Below, in pieces: positions 25,922 through 38,320 of a stretch of DNA of 64,000 bases. Below the pieces are notes generated by a model. The model was not told the DNA's origin. It made no database searches and saw only the letters and a list, made by a program, of their open reading frames with translations. The stretch lies in assembly GCA_002269645.1 (NCBI GenBank), contig NIVC01002233.1, positions 1-64,000 of the forward strand. The letters run 5' to 3'. Positions within the stretch are counted from its first letter, which is position 1. Each line of letters begins with the position of its first letter. Made by a program: the position numbers and the translations under genes. This DNA comes from Macrostomum lignano. Lineage: Eukaryota.

Positions 25922-28667
25922 ATGGACCTGCAAACCTGGAAGAAGTTCGCCGTGCTGCAATGGGTGCTGACCTTCCTGCTGGTAGGTCCCGGCTGCGCAG
26001 CCATCATGTTGATTCTGTTTCGCACCAGCTGGTGGTCCGCAGTCCTGCTCTACGGAGTCTGGTACTACTACGACCGGGACACGCCACGTCGGGGTGGTCG
26101 CCGAGTCAACTGGGTGCGCCGCTGGGGCCTCTGGCGTCGGATGGCCGAGTACTTCCCGGTGAAACTGCACCCTACCTGCGAACTGGATCCCAAGGAGAAC
26201 TACGTGCTTGGCTACCATCCGCACGGCGTCCTGAGCACGGGCGCTTTTCTCAACTTCGCCACCGAAGCTACCGAGTTCAGTAGGAAATTTCCAGGAATAA
26301 CTCCGTACCTGAGCGTGCTTGACGGCCATTTCGACTTCCCGTTGTACCGGGAGTACTTCATGTGCTCCGGTGAGCAATGAACTCTGTTCTGCTCTTCCCC
26401 TAATTTCATCTGTATCTGAAAAGCGCATCTTACTCTTTTCCAGTCTTTTTTTACATATCTACTTTCCTCCCTGCTTCCCATCTGCACCTTTTGCACCACG
26501 CATCCTCGGAACCAGTAAAAGTACAAAAGAATATTGTTGAGCAGCTGCAATGCGAAACTAATCGGAAAATAAAACACACATTGTACTTTAACCCCCCCCC
26601 CCATGCAGGCGTGATCTCCGTGCGCAAAGAGAGCCTGCAGAACGTTCTCCATCAGCGTCGCAAGACTGCCGGTGGTCAGTTGGTCTGCGTCATTCCGGGC
26701 GGAGCAGTGGAAGCTCTGGACTCGCATCCGGGAACCGTGTACAGGGTGCACCTGCGCAACAAGCTGGGCTTTGTGCGGCTGGCCATGCAGACTGGGTCAG
26801 GAGTTCGATTCTGCGCCTCTCACCTCCATCTCAGCCCGTCTGTCTCAGATTCTCTCCCTTCATCTCAGCCCGTCTGTCTCAGATTCTCCCCCTTCATCTC
26901 AGCCCGTCTGTCTAAGTTTCTCTCCCTTCATCTCAGCCTGTCTGCCTCAGATTCTCCCCCTTCATCTCAGCCCGTCTGTCTAAGTTTCTCTCCCTTCATC
27001 TCAGCCCGTCTGCCTCAGATTCTCCCCCTTCATCTCAGCCCGTCTGCCTCAGATTCTCTCCCTTCATCTCAGCCCGTCTGCCTCAGTTTCTCTCCCTTCA
27101 TCTCAGCCCGTCTGCCTCAGATTCTCCCCCTTCATCTCAGCCCGTCTGCCTCAGTTTCTCTCCCTTCATCTCAGCCCGTCTGCCTCAGTTTCTCCCCCTT
27201 CATCTCAGCCCGTCTGCCTCAGATTCTCTCCCTTCATCTCAGCCCGTCTGCCTCAGTTTCTCTCCCTTCATCTCAGCCCGTCTGCCTCAGATTCTCCCCC
27301 TTCATCTCAGCCCGTCTGCCTCAGTTTCTCTCCCTTCATCTCAGCCCGTCTGCCTCAGTTTCTCTCCCTTCATCTCAGCCCGTCTGTCTCAACTTCTCTC
27401 CCTTCATCTCAGCCCGTCTGCCTCAGTTTCTCTCCCTTCATCTCAGCCCGTCTGCCTTAGATTCTCTCCCTTCATCTCAGCCCGTCTACCTCAGTTTCTC
27501 TCCCTTCATCTCAGCCCGTCTGTCTCACCTTTTCTCCTTTCATTTCAGCCTTTCTCACTCCATCTTTTTCTGTCTTCATCATTTTTAATTTACCACAAAA
27601 GACATTTCAATAAGACAATTGATTGAAAATTAAACTCCCAACAAAACTGACTTCCAGATCCAGCCTGGTGCCGTGTTTTTCCTTCGGCGAAATCGACCTG
27701 TTCAACCAGGTGAACAACCGAGCCGGCAGCCCGCTGCGGGCGGTGCAGAATTTCCTGGTGAAAATTTTCGGCTTCTCAATGCCAATCTTCAGTGGACACG
27801 GCTTGCTGCCATTCGCTAAGCCTATCAACACCGTTGGTGAGCGTTTGGGCGACTTAATCGCTACTTTATCTGATTTGAGGTTTAATTAATTAAATTAGTG
27901 AGAATTTTATCTGTGGTATTACGCTACTTTTAGTAGTTACAATCTCTCCTCAGAGGACAATAAGCGAAAGCTTTCACATCATCGAAGTTTCAAATCGTAA
28001 AAAAATAGTTCATCATCAACTTGAATCCCCATTATCCAGGTAATAAACTTCAGCTGAAGAGATTCCATTACTTAGGTGGTAATATTAAGTAAGAGAATTA
28101 CTACGTGATTGATTTCGACAATGTGAAATTTCGTCAAATTTTAACAACAGAAAAGCAGGTGCGACCTTGGGAGTCGCCCGGCAGTTTCTATTAATAGCAC
28201 CACACACAGTACGAGCAATCACGTGACATACTTTGGTCGCGCCGGTTGCCAGTACAAACGGCGAGGAGATTCTCATGGTCACTAGTCGGCCTTGGGTCAG
28301 ACCCGCTTTTTGAGCTAAAAATAGACTGGCGACGCAAATGTACATACATACTCGTAGTCACGTGACTTAAAGTTTAATGCAGACAATTGTTTTTATTCCT
28401 CAGAAATCTAGCTTTTACGTAACGCTTCCTATTTTTATTATTAGAAAACGTAAAAAATAATTCTAATTATATAGATACGAACTTAATTATCTCTTTTTCT
28501 TTTTTTACCTTGCAGTTGGGGCACCAATTAAGGTGGAGAAAAATTACGAACCAACTGATGAACAAGCTCGCGATCTGCTCAATCGCTACATAAGCGATTT
28601 GGAATTGTTGTTCTGCGCCAATAAAGCAAAGTACATCGGGACCGATGCTCGACTCGAGATAGTGTGA
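25922..28667 (+). CDS. DGAT2: DGAT2/MOGAT-family acyltransferase, 4 exons (25922-26369, 26609-26795, 27658-27836, 28516-28667), 321 aa
   Basis: YFP, GYHPHG, GGA.EAL, R.K.GFVRLAM..G..LVP.FSFGE and KPINTVVG.PI motifs. All three introns are GT-AG and frame-consistent. DGAT2 versus MOGAT cannot be separated by eye. Confidence 0.93.
26829..27533. repeat. 34-bp minisatellite (CCCTTCATCTCAGCCCGTCTGCCTCAGATTCTCT), about 20 copies, filling DGAT2 intron 2
   Basis: Direct tandem repeats between donor 26796 and acceptor 27657. Confidence 0.95.
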
Positions 28668-28962
28668 ACTGCTCACAAAACTAGCGGCTTGAAACTTTTA
28701 CTAAAGGAACCAAGTAACTGAATTATTGATTTATTTATTTGTTAGCTTGTTTTGAAAACATTAATTTTTTAGCAAACGATAATATAGGAAATATAGTATA
28801 GAATAAATGAATAAAATCGATTATTTTGACTTTTTTAACTGACCTGATTTAAAATCTGTAGCTGGAATTAAAACTTTGTTTTCTCCTTTGTCAACCCTGA
28901 CAGTTTGTTAATTCAACTCACTTCAAGAGTAGCTACAAGTGCATGCAATGATAGTAATGATG

Positions 28963-30797
28963 AGTGCTCAATTGAATGATGGAGTGTCTGATTGGATGCT
29001 AGGGTGAGTGCTCGATTAAATAATGGAGCGCTCAATTGAATGATAGAGTGCTCAATTGAATGATAGAGTGCTCAATTGCATGATAGAGTGCTCAATTGAA
29101 TAACGGAGTGCTCAATTGCATAATGGAGTGCTCAATTGAATGATAGAGTGCTCAATTGAATGATAGGGTGCTCAATTGAGTAATGGAGTGCTCAATTGAA
29201 TTATAGAGTGCTCAATTGCATAATGGAGTGCTCAATTGAATGATAGAGTGCTCAATTGAATGATAGAGTGCTCAATTGCATAATGGAGTGCTCAATTGAA
29301 TTATAGAGTGCTCAATTGAATGATAGGGTGCTCAATTGAGTAATGGAGTGCTCAATTGAATTATAGAGTGCTCAATTGCATAATGGAGTGCTCAATTGCA
29401 TAATGGAGTGCTCAATTGAATGATAGAGTGCTCAATTGAATGATAGAGTGCTCAATTGCATAATGGAGTGCTCAATTGAATGATAGAGTGCTCAATTGAA
29501 TGATAGGGTGCTCAATTGAGTAATGGAGTGCTCAATTGAATTATAGAGTGCTCAATTGCATAATGGAGTGCTCAATTGAATGATAGAGTGCTCAATTGAA
29601 TGATAGAGTGCTCAATTGCATAATGGAGTGCTCAATTGAATGATAGAGTGCTCAATTGAATGATAAGGTGCTCAATTGAGTAATGGAGTGCTCAATTGAA
29701 TGATAGAGTGCTCAATTGCATAATGGAGTGCTCAATTGAATGATAGAGTGCTCAATTGAATGATAGAGTGCTCAATTGCATAATGGAGTGCTCAATTGAA
29801 TGATAGAGTGCTCAATTGAATGATAGGGTGCTCAATTGAGTAATGGAGTGCTCAATTGAATGATAGAGTGCTCAATTGCATAATGGAGTGCTCAATTGAA
29901 TGATAGGGTGCTCAATTGAATGATAGAGTGCTCAATTGAATGATAGGGTGCTCAATTGAGTAATGGAATTTTCAATTGAATGATAGGGTGCTCAATTGAG
30001 TAATGGAATGTTCAATTGAATGATAGGGTGCTCAATTGAGTAATGGAATGTTCAATTGAATGATAGAGTGCTCAATTGAATGATAGAGTGCTCAATTGAA
30101 TGATAGGGTGCTCAATTGAGTAATGGAGTGCTCAATTGAATGATAGAGTGCTCAATTGAATGATAGGGTGCTCAATTGAGTAATGGAGTGCTCAATTGAA
30201 TGATAGAGTGCTCAATTGAATGATAGAGTGCTCAATTGAATGATAGGGTGCTCAATTGAGTAATGGAGTGCTCAATTGAATGATAGAGTGCTCAATTGAA
30301 TGATAGAGTGCTCAATTGAATGATAGGGTGCTCAATTGAGTAATGGAGTGCTCAATTGAATGATAGAGTGCTCAATTGAATGATAGAGTGCTCAATTGAA
30401 TGATAGAGTGCTCAATTGAATGATAGGGTGCTCAATTGAGTAATGGAGTGCTCAATTGAATGATAGAGTGCTCAATTGAATGATAGGGTGCTCAATTGAG
30501 TAATGGAGTGCTCAATTGAATGATAGAGTGCTCAATTGAATGATAGAGTGCTCAATTGAATGATAGGGTGCTCAATTGAGTAATGGAGTGCTCAATTGAA
30601 TGATAGAGTGCTCAATTGAATGATAGAGTGCTCAATTGCATAATGAAGTGCTCAATTGAATGATAGAGTGCTCAATTGAATGATAGGGTGCTCAATTGAG
30701 TAATGGAGTGCTCAATTGAATGATAGGGTGCTCAATTGAGTAATGGAGTGCTCAATTGAATGATAGGGTGCTCAATTGAGTAATGGAGTACTCAATC
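28963..30797. repeat. 20-bp satellite (GAGTGCTCAATTGAATGATA and variants), about 90 copies
   Basis: Invariant palindromic core CAATTG, with a few recurring variant units. Confidence 0.97.
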
Positions 30798-31684
30798 GGT
30801 GCAGAAAATTTAGTTTCGAAAAATGCTATCCTGATTGAAAAAGAACCTATATACTCTACTCGATAGTTAGGCAGCAAGTAGCATAAAAAGATAACATCTC
30901 ACTTTCGTGATCGTTCTCTGAGAATCACGTCACTGCTTGATGCACTTTAAAAATCTTACAATATAGCTTTTAACGCTCGCAGTATCGCAATTTTCATGCA
31001 TGGACGAATTCAATTTGGTACAAAAGCCGTCCCTGATCTTATGTGGAAAATTTTAAGTACCTGTCTCGTTAATGTAATTTTCTAAAAAAAGCATTGAGTT
31101 GCTCAGCCAAGCCCCACCCAGACGCAAGCTGGCTCATATCTTTATTGCATTGTACCGCGCCACCAGACTTGATCAAGAAGCTTCTAAGGCCATTCATTCT
31201 ACAGCGGTGCACACAGATACGAGTATGCTCCAAAGCCATGGTCTCATACAATATACACTCATAATTTATCACTCCCTGCCAATGTAAGGCTATAGCATCT
31301 ATTAATCATTTAGGGAATGGGAGACAGCACGAGTGCTATAAGAGATTGTGTGCAGGAAAATTTGTCAGACTTGTGCATTAGTAAGGCCAGGCGTGCTTGG
31401 TGCACAAGTACTTGAACGAGTGCACTTACTCTGTGCACCCTAGCTGTACTTTTTGTCCAACTAAATCCTGACCAGCATTGCAGGCAAACTAAAGAGCTAC
31501 AATGCTATCAGATTCAGTGCGCGGGAAAGTGCGCTTCTTTGCGGCCAAAAAAGAGAACGGCAATCAAAATATCCTGATTTCTCATGCACTTTTTCTGAGA
31601 CACAGCACTATAACGCGTCATCTGTATTCGCTCCGCCAGCGCATGAAAGCGTGCTATAAGCTGCTAAACAAGCCTACGCAGTTG

Positions 31685-33016
31685 CAGTCTGGGGCGATGC
31701 TTACTGCAGTCTGGGGCGATTCTTACTACAGTCTGAAGCGATTATTACTATAGTCTGAGGCGATTCTTACTGCAATCTGGGGCGATTCTTACTGCAGTCT
31801 GGGGTGATTCTTACTGCAGTCTGGGGCGATTCTTACTGCAGTCTGGGGCGATTCTTACTGCAGTCTGGGGCGATTCTTACTGCAGTCTGGGGCGATTCTT
31901 ACTGCAGTCTGAGGCGATTATTACTATAGTCTGGGGCGATTCTTACTGCAGTCTGGGGTGATTCTTGCTATAGTCTGGGGCGATTCTTACTGCAGTCTGG
32001 GGCGATTCTTACTGCAGTCTGAGGCGATTATTACTATAGTCTGGGGCGATTCTTACTGCAGTCTGGGGCGATTCTTACTGCAGTCTGGGGCGATTCTTAC
32101 TGCAGTCTGGGGCGATTCTTACTGCAGTCTGGGGCGATTCTTACTGCAGTCTGGGGCGATTCTTACTGCAGTCTGAGGCGATTATTACTATAGTCTGAGG
32201 CGATTCTACTGCAGTCTGGGGCGATTCTTACTGCAGTCTTAGGCGATTATTACTATAGTCTGAGGCGATTCTTACTGCAGTCTGGGGCGATTCTTACTGC
32301 AGTCTGAGGCGATTCTTACTGCAGTCTGGGGCGATTCTTACTGCAGTCTGAGGCGATTCTTACTGCAGTCTGGGGCGATTCTTACTGCAGTCTGAGGCGA
32401 TTATTACTATAGTCTGAGGCGATTCTACTGCAGTCTGGGGCGATTCTTACTGCAGTCTGGGGCGATTATTACTGTAGTCAGTGGGGATTCTTACTGCAAT
32501 CTGGGGCGATTCTTACTGCAGTCTGGGGCGATTCTTACTGCAGTCTGGGGCGATTCTTACTGCAGTCTGGGGCGATTATTACTGCAGTCTGGGGCGATTA
32601 TTACTGCAATCTGGGGCGATTCTTACTGCAGTCTGGGGTGATTCTTACTGCAGTCTGGGGCGATTCTTACTGCAGTCTGGGGCGATTCTTACTGCAGTCT
32701 GGGGCGATTCTTACTGCAGTCTGAGGCGATTATTACTATAGTCTGAGGCGATTCTACTGCAGTCTGTGGCGATTCTTACTATAGTCAGTGGCGATTCTTG
32801 CTGCAGTCTGGGGCGATTCTTACTGCAGTCTGGGGCGATTCTTACTGCAGTCTTAGGCAATTCTTACTGCAGTCTTAGGCAATTCTTACTGCAGTCTGGG
32901 GCGATTCTTACTGCAGTCTGGGGCGATTCTTACTGCAGTCTGGGGCGATTATTACTATAGTCTGAGGCGATTCTACTGCAGTCTGGGGCGATTCTTACTG
33001 CAGTCTGGGGCGATAT
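31685..33016. repeat. 22-bp minisatellite (CTGGGGCGATTCTTACTGCAGT), about 60 copies
   Basis: Direct tandem repeats with PstI-site core. Confidence 0.97.
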
Positions 33017-33894
33017 TGAGCGACAAACAACAAAATAAAATCATAAAATTCAATGTAAATCTTATTAAGCGGTAAAGGCCTTACAAAGGATTTAATTCGA
33101 TTTGATTTTCAACACTATATAATAATATAAATATCTGCTAAATGAAAAAGCTTTTTTGTACTCTAATAGCCTCAAGTATAATTAAAACAATAAGAAACTG
33201 ATTATCAATGTAACGTGTGAGTGTCAGGCTGTCAGCATAAGGCGCGGTTAGGGTTCTTCACATACCATATAGTCATGAGCTGCTTTGTTAAAGTTTTCTT
33301 TTTAAATTAACAACAGATAAAGCCCAGGAACTCGACAAAAAAGGCGATCAGAACTAAGATTCGATGAATAGGGCTATAATTATAATAATAATATTATTAA
33401 TAATAATGATAATAAAAGAATAGTAATAATAATAATAGTCCTCTATAATTCCAATTTCGTATCGCAGGTGTGAAGGACAGAGAATGAAGACACAGAAGGA
33501 CAAAGATGGGATTGAGTTTGGTTTAAACTTCCGAATAAATACAGGACTCACTTCTTAGATAGAAATTTCAACGACTAAACCCCCTAACATAAGGGAAATT
33601 GTGTCTCTTTGACCAATAATCAAGCAGCTCTGCAGGGGGCAAAGCACACAAGAGCCGCTTGAAAGCGGATTAAAGACGCTCGCGGTTGCCTCTTTGGGCC
33701 AGCTGAGGCTGAGGCGCTTAAAGGATGTCGTCTTCATCAATGCGAAATCCTAGGGGAAATCAACAATCCTAGAGGAGCGTTTCCGACTCACGTTTTTTAA
33801 CCTTTGCAACACAAATTGCCAGGTAGCAACGCCAGAGCCTTGTGCGGGTTCTAAGCCCGATGCTAAGCTAGTGCGCAGTTTTGTGTTGTGCTGA

Positions 33895-35516
33895 GATGAG
33901 CAGTCACACATCTCAACCTGAGCAGTCACACATCTCAACCTGAGCAGTCACACATCTCAACCTGAGCAGTCACACATTTCAACCTCAGCAGTCACCCATT
34001 TCAATCTGAGCATTCACACATCTCAACCTATTTCAACACATTTCAGACACACAGACACAGAGCAGACACACATTTCAACCTGGGCAGTCACACATCTCAA
34101 TCTGAGCAGTCACACATCTCAACCTGAGCAGTCACACATCTCAATCTGAGCAGTCACACATCTCAACCTGAGCAGTCACACATCTCAACCTGAGCAGTCA
34201 CACATCTCAACCTGAGCAGTCACGCATCTCAACCTGAGCAGTCACACATCTCAACCTGATCGATCACGCATCTCAATCTGAGCAGTCACACATCTCAATC
34301 TGAGCAGTCACACATCTCAATCTGAGCAGTCACACATCTCAATCTGAGCAGTCACACATCTCAATCTGATCGATCACGCATCTCAATCTGAGCAGTCACA
34401 CATTTCAACCTGATCGATCACGCATCTCAATCTGAGCAGTCACACATTTCAACCTGATCGATCACGCATCTCAATCTGAGCAGTCACACATTTCAACCTG
34501 ATCGATCACGCATCTCAATCTGAGCAGTCACACATCTCAACCTGAGCAGTCACACATCTCAATCTGAGCAGTCACACAACTCAATCTGATCGATCACGCA
34601 TCTCAATCTGAGCAGTCAAACATTTCAACCTGATCGATCACGCATCTCAATCTGAGCAGTCACACATCTCAACCTGAGCAGTCACACATCTCAACCTGAG
34701 CAGTCACACATCTCAACCTGGGCATTCACACATCTCAATCTGAGCAGTCACACATTTCAACCTGAGCAGTCACACATCTCAACCTGAGCTGTTACACATC
34801 TCAACCTGAGCTGTCACACATCTCAATCAGTCACACATCTCAATCAGTCACACATCTCAATCAGTCACACATCTCAATCAGTCACACATCTCAATCAGTC
34901 ACACATCTCAATATGATCAGTCACACATCTCAATCAGTCACACATCTCAATCAGTCACACATCTCAATCAGTCACACATCTCAATCAGTCACACATCTCA
35001 ATATGATCAGTCACACATCTCAATCAGTCACACATCTCAATCAGTCACACATCTCAATCAGTCACACATCTCAATATGATCAGTCACACATCTCAATCAG
35101 TCACACATCTCAATATGATCAGTCACACATCTCAATCAGTCACACATCTCAATCAGTCACACATCTCAATCAGTCACACATCTCAATCAGTCACACATCT
35201 CAATCAGTCACACATCTCAATCAGTCACACATCTCAATCAGTCACACATCTCAATATGATCAGTCACACATCTCAATCAGTCACACATCTCAATCAGTCA
35301 CACATCTCAATCAGTCACACATCTCAATCAGTCACACATCTCAATCAGTCACACATCTCAATCAGTCACACATCTCAATCAGTCACACATCTCAATCAGT
35401 CACACATCTCAATCAGTCACACATCTCAATCAGTCACACATCTCAATCAGTCACACATCTCAATCAGTCACACATCTCAATCAGTCACACATCTCAATCA
35501 GTCACACATCTCAATC
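33895..35516. repeat. Compound array: 22-bp CTGAGCAGTCACACATCTCAAC (to about 34826), then its 17-bp derivative CAGTCACACATCTCAAT
   Basis: Direct tandem repeats; the unit switch is visible at about 34820-34830. Confidence 0.96.
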
Positions 35517-35946
35517 TTATAGCTCATGTAATAGAGCCTCCTTAAAAATTAAACAAAAGATAAAAAAATGAAGGTTACTTTCAATAGACTGAATGCCTAA
35601 AAGCCGAGCACATATAGCATCAAAAATGTCGTGTTTAGCCAGTCTCTAGAGTTAGAAAATATCTCTAAAGTTAGCGGAAAAAAACAATTATAAAAATACT
35701 ATTCACGCGCTTAAAAAAACTATTAACACACAGCAAAGAAAGAGAAAAACAAAGGTAAAAAGGAAAATAGGTAAGAAGCAGACAGTGAAGTGTTTAGCAA
35801 CTCAAAATAACACAGAAACAGCTGTTGTTGACGGCAAAAAGCGACTGATTCAGCAATTATCATTTAATAGTACATGTATATGGAATATTTCATAAATAAT
35901 TGCTGGAATAAGTATGAAAGAGGCGATTGTCTAGGTGATGGCGGAT

Positions 35947-36190
35947 AGGCGATTCTCTAAATTAGGGAGGGGGCGGAAGGGCGATTCTCTAAATTAGGGG
36001 AGAGGGGCGGAAGGGCGATTCTCTAAATTAGGGGAGAGGGGCGGAAGGGCGATTCTCTAAATTAGGGGAGAGGGGCGGAAGGGCGATTCTCTAAATTAGG
36101 GGAGAGGGGCGGAAGGGCGATTCTCTAAATTAGGGAGGGGGCGGAAGGGCGATTCTCTTAATTAGAGGGGGGGGGCGGAAGGGCGTTTCT
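35947..36190. repeat. 34-bp G-rich minisatellite (AGAGGGGCGGAAGGGCGATTCTCTAAATTAGGGG), about 7 copies
   Basis: Unit repeats at 36001, 36035 and onward. Confidence 0.93.
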
Positions 36191-36330
36191 TTGAATCATC
36201 TTTAGTTGGTAAAAAAAACAGTATGTCTTTGGTAGACTGGCACTGGGCACCTCGGCTATATTGAGAAGATGTTCAAATATCTGTTGGATTATCAAACCTA
36301 TGAGTCAGTTTCAATCACACTAATAAATCA

Positions 36331-37044
36331 TTAATCTCCGGGAAACAGCCTCAGCAGAGTCTGCCACACAGAATTAGCCGGCCTGCTGGCATCGATTCGC
36401 TTTAACAAGCCCAGCCGCTCGTAGCGCTGCAGCACAGGCGCACTGGACTCGAAATGACTGGCCAGCCTCCGCTGCATCACGTCCGGAAAGTCGTCCGGCC
36501 GCATAGCCAGCGGTTCGCCAGTCTCGTTGTCGTGTCCGGGACGCTTGGGCGGACTGAACCGGTGATGATAGACCCGGCCGCTGGGCAGGTGGTACAGCCG
36601 GCCGGTCACTCGCTCGGCCGCCAGCTCGGGGCTCAGGTCCAGCTGCACCACAGCGTCCAACTGGCGACTCCGCTCGGCCAGCATCGAGTCCAGTCGTTCG
36701 GCTTGGCCAATTGTCCGAGGAAATCCGTCCAGTACGAAACCGGCCGAGCACTGAGGCCGGTCCAGGTCTCTGCTGACCAGATCGGACACGAGTTTGTCGT
36801 CAACTAGGCGACCCTGTTCAGTCTGCAGTTTCACGCTGCCATTGTTGGACATACCGCGCAAAACGGCTCCAATGTCCACGTGGCAGAGGCCGAATCGTTC
36901 CGCTAGCCGGCGGGATTGAGCTCCTTTCCCGGAGCCGGGCGGCCCGATCAGGGCTACGCCGATGTGCTGCCGCGGCTTTGAAGGTGTCGACTGTTCAGCC
37001 TGAGGCTGCGGCGGCTGGTTAACATCGGCGCCTTCAACTGTCAT
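36331..37044 (-). CDS. AK2: Intronless adenylate kinase, AK2-like long LID (237 aa), divergent at several conserved positions
   Basis: P-loop GPPGSGKG, GFVLDGFPRT, and LID GRLYH.PSGRVYH..F.PPK..GHD.ETGEPL..R.DD. Acceptor-like TAAATTTCAG ends 7 nt before the ATG. Confidence 0.9.
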   Translation of the reverse strand: MTVEGADVNQPPQPQAEQSTPSKPRQHIGVALIGPPGSGKGAQSRRLAERFGLCHVDIGAVLRGMSNNGSVKLQTEQGRLVDDKLVSDLVSRDLDRPQCSAGFVLDGFPRTIGQAERLDSMLAERSRQLDAVVQLDLSPELAAERVTGRLYHLPSGRVYHHRFSPPKRPGHDNETGEPLAMRPDDFPDVMQRRLASHFESSAPVLQRYERLGLLKRIDASRPANSVWQTLLRLFPGD

Positions 37045-37145
37045 GTCTGGCTGAAATTTATTGCATATAAGACCGTTGAAGGTCTGTCAACTCATTAATG
37101 ATTCATTTGCGTCTGCACAAGTAGCGATTCATAAGGATGAATGAG

Positions 37146-37800
37146 TGAGGCGATTCTCTGAGTTAAAGGCGATTCTCTGAGTGAAAGGCGATTCTCTGAG
37201 TGAATGGCGATTCTCTGAGTGAAAGGAGATTCTCTGAGTGAATGGCGATTCTCTGAGTGAAAGGCGATTCTCTGAGTGAAAGGAGATTCTCTGAGTGAAT
37301 GGCGATTCTCTGAGTGAAAGGCGATTCTCTGAGTTAAAGGCGATTCTCTGAGTGAAAGGCGATTCTCTGAGTGAAAGGCGATTCTCTGAGTGAAAGGAGA
37401 TTCTCTGAGTGAATGGCGATTCTCTGAGTTAAAGGCGATTCTCTGAGTGAAAGGAGATTCTCTGAGTGAAAGGCGATTCTCTGAGTGAATGGCGATTCTC
37501 TGAGTGAATGGCGATTCTCTGAGTGAAAGGAGATTCTCTGAGTGAAAGGCGATTCTCTGAGTTAAAGGCGATTCTCTGAGTGAAAGGCGATTCTCTGAGT
37601 GAAAGGAGATTCTCTGAGTGAAAGGCGATTCTCTAAGTGAAAGGAGATTCTCTGAGTGAAAGGCGATTCTCTGAGTGAAAGGCAATTCTCTGAGTGAAAG
37701 GCGATTCGCTGAGTGAAAGGCGATTCTCTAAGTGAAAGGCGATTCGCTGAGTGAAAGGCGATTCGCTGAGTGAAAGGCGATTCGCTGAGTGAAAGGAGAC
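37146..37800. repeat. 19-bp minisatellite (GCGATTCTCTGAGTGAAAG), about 34 copies
   Basis: Direct tandem repeats about 100 bp upstream of the AK start. Confidence 0.96.
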
Positions 37801-37924
37801 ATTCATTAAAGTGCGATTAAAGTTAGAATCTTAGATATAGTTGAGACTGATATTTAAAGATAAGCACAGCAGACGATTGTTATATAATTTTTTTCACGAC
37901 AATTGACTGTCACAATTCAACTAC

Positions 37925-38320
37925 CGAACCCAAACCTTAAACCTAAACTCTAACACACTAAATCATAAACCTAAACCCCAAACCTAAACCAAAACTCTAA
38001 ACCTTATACGTAAATCTTAACATAAACCCTAACCTTAAACGGCAACCCCAAACCCTAAATCCTGAACCGTAATCCAAAAACCCTAACCTAAATTTAGCCC
38101 TAAATGATGGCAGACCCTAGCCTAAATCCTAACCTAAACCTTAAACTTAAACCTTTAACATAAATCTTAAATCTAAAACCTAAACCATAACCCTCAACGG
38201 CAAACCCAACTCTAAATCCTGAACCGTAATCCAAAAACCCTAACCTAAATTTAACCCTAAACGATAGCAGACCCTAGTCTAAACCCTAACCTAAAGCCCA
38301 ACGCTAACGTAAATCTTAAG
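37925..38320. repeat. Degenerate telomere-like (AACCCT/AACCTA) tract with an internal duplication of about 160 bp
   Basis: CCCTAA-rich; AACGGCAA...TAAATCCTGAACCGTAATCCAAAAACCCTAACCTAAATTT occurs at about 38038 and about 38196. Confidence 0.8.

Noticed and set aside
28963-30797. CRISPR-like look of a constant palindromic core with variable linkers
   Set aside because: The linkers are only about 10 nt and come from a handful of recurring variants rather than unique spacers. The context is eukaryotic with no cas genes.
37925-38320. True telomere or chromosome end
   Set aside because: Highly degenerate, short and internal to the window, with genes on both sides.
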